22,009 bases of DNA from Octopus sinensis (Eukaryota), in NCBI RefSeq assembly GCF_006345805.1, contig NW_021824733.1, positions 1 through 22,009 of the forward strand. Direction: 5' to 3'. Positions 20,210-22,009 of this stretch are shown here, piece after piece. The position numbers were made by a program, and so were the translations under genes. A model generated the notes under the pieces. That model made no database searches. It worked only from the letters and a program-made list of their open reading frames with translations, and was not told where the DNA came from. Within the stretch, counting starts at the first letter, position 1, and the number at the start of each line of letters is the position of its first letter.

Positions 20210-20904
20210 GACCACCTAATCTCAGGGTGTAGAGTCTTAGCACCTGTAAAATATAAAGCAAGATATGACAGAGTCGGCCAATATTTACACTGGACAATAC
20301 GTCGGCATTATAAAATCAAAACCGCTGACAAATGGTATAAACATCATCCTGAATCTGTGACTGAGGGAGAAAATGTGTCGATTCTATGGGACTTCCCCGT
20401 ACATACCGACAAATCTATAAAAGCTAATAAACCGGATATTATTACAAAAGATAAGACAAAAAAGGTGTGTTTATTGACATGAGTATTCCTTGCGATTACA
20501 ATATAGCGGCGAAAGAATTTGACAAGATCAGTAAATATAAAGACTTGCTAATAGAAATTGAAAAAATGTGGCATCTCAAGGCGACTACAGTACCAGTAAT
20601 TGTAGGATCTCTAGGAATGATAAAAAAGCTACTGAAACTTATTTGAAAATGATACCAGGCTTATCATCCCTACAGGAAGTGAAAAAATAGTGTTAACTGG
20701 AACAGCTCATGTACTGAGAAGAGCATAATCGCTGTGAAAACAACATCCATTCATGAATTTATTTATTTATTAATTTTTTAAACGCATATTTTACCTGTAA
20801 ATTTGCGTGTGTAATCTGGGAAGGCATACAATGAGCTTCTCTGCCCTAGGTGTACGGAAAACACTCGGCGAGAAACGGAAGAAAATTTGAAGAAAGAAAA
20901 AATG
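20210..20904 (+). mobile_element. 5'-truncated R4/Dong-like non-LTR retrotransposon, lineage 1
   Basis: DHLISGC..RYDRVG..LWDFPVHTDKSIKANKPDII..D...IDMSIPCDYNIAAKEFDKISKYKDL..PVIVGSLG..IVLTGTAHVLRRA with about 3 frameshifts. (AAT)n at 20181-20209 and 20911-20962. Confidence 0.9.
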
Positions 20905-20910
20905 ATGATG

Positions 20911-20960
<50 letters not shown>

Positions 20961-20963
<3 letters not shown>

Positions 20964-21083
20964 TTTACCTATGGTGAAATTTACTATGGTGGAATATACC
21001 GTGGTGGAATTTACCTAACGTGAAATTTACCTAGTGGAATTTTCCGTGGTGGCATTTACTGAGGTGGAATTTACCGGTCACCA
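20961..21083 (-). repeat. 15-16-bp minisatellite GGTAAATTCCACCAY x7-8 (inverted)
   Basis: Directly visible; unit order matches 18604-18670. Confidence 0.85.
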
Positions 21084-21350
21084 TAATATATATATATATA
21101 TATATATCTATATATATATATATATATATATACAAACACACGCATATATCACATATATCATATATACATATATATATATATGTGTTGTGTGTGTGTATAA
21201 TATATATATTTATAACATTATGTATGTATGTATACTTTTATATGCATATATATATGTATATGTATGTGTATATATGTGGGAATATATGTACACACTCACG
21301 CAAACGCTCACACAGACATACACGCACACGCATATGCATATATGAATGCA
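21084..21350. repeat. (TA)n/(TG)n/(CA)n low-complexity tract
   Basis: Directly visible. Confidence 0.85.
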
Positions 21351-22009
21351 TACACTTCCAGATCGAGTATAAAAAAATAGCTGTCAGCATATATGGCTGT
21401 TACATCATTGATAAAACACTTCCTCCCATTTAGAATGTTAAAACAACGAGAGAACGTAAGCCACACAATATCAAATACACCACAAATCATTACATTGCAC
21501 TAAATTTACAAAAGTGAGTATTAATAACAAAATATAGAAATATCTTTGTGTAAATGCCAAGTTGTACTACTACTGAAAAAAATGAAATATATGGCGGCCA
21601 TTAGAATTGTGGTTCACTGTAGAGCGTATGAAATAAAAACTGAGCTGTAACAGAACAAATGTATTTTGTTAAACTGTAGTTATTCCATTCTTGTTTGTTC
21701 GTATTTATAAGTATTTATATTACGTAAATTATAATTTTGGTATGCATATGTTAAACACATATTGTTTTCTTGTAAGGAGATAAAACGCTCAAAATAAACG
21801 AAGTAAAGAAATTTTAATATAATTTTCCCACGAATCATAGTTTAAGACATCGGTACAGAATAATGAGAAGCAAAAACGTTCGTTCATGGCAAGATTCACA
21901 ATTCAGATTGAAGTAGGTAAAAATACCCACTTCCCCAAGAACACCAAAAACAATATTTAAATGTTCCAAATCATTTTTGTACCACGGACCGATTTCATGC
22001 AAGACAATT

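Noticed and set aside
21433-21454. Possible 22-nt micro-exon (tttAG...GTAAGC)
   Set aside because: Too short to support without transcript data

Overview
Repeat-dense, AT-rich, essentially non-coding eukaryotic window. It is most likely a cephalopod (Octopus-like) intron or intergenic region, inferred from recalled octopus SINE families and the very high microsatellite load. No intact protein-coding gene is supported, and nearly all ORF-track entries are microsatellite or GC-rich artefacts. The window holds several tRNA-derived SINEs, decayed DNA transposons (maT/DD37D-like, mariner, hAT/Charlie), a CR1-like LINE 3' end and six fragments of R4/Dong-like (RLE-type) non-LTR retrotransposons, several embedded in (AAT)n or (TACA)n arrays. 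A TSD-flanked chimeric insertion carries a duplicated GC-rich segment. The most notable structure is a 1.7-kb tandem/palindromic array of a ~570-bp repeat (12735-14408) that carries three copies of a type I hammerhead-ribozyme-like motif with a non-canonical CCGAUGA core. An unrelated repeat carries a second, minimal hammerhead-like motif with the same U4-to-C change (18453-18487). A few isolated exon-like segments on + may belong to an unidentified host gene or pseudogene (low confidence). All alignments, counts and folds were done by eye; no database search or folding program was run.
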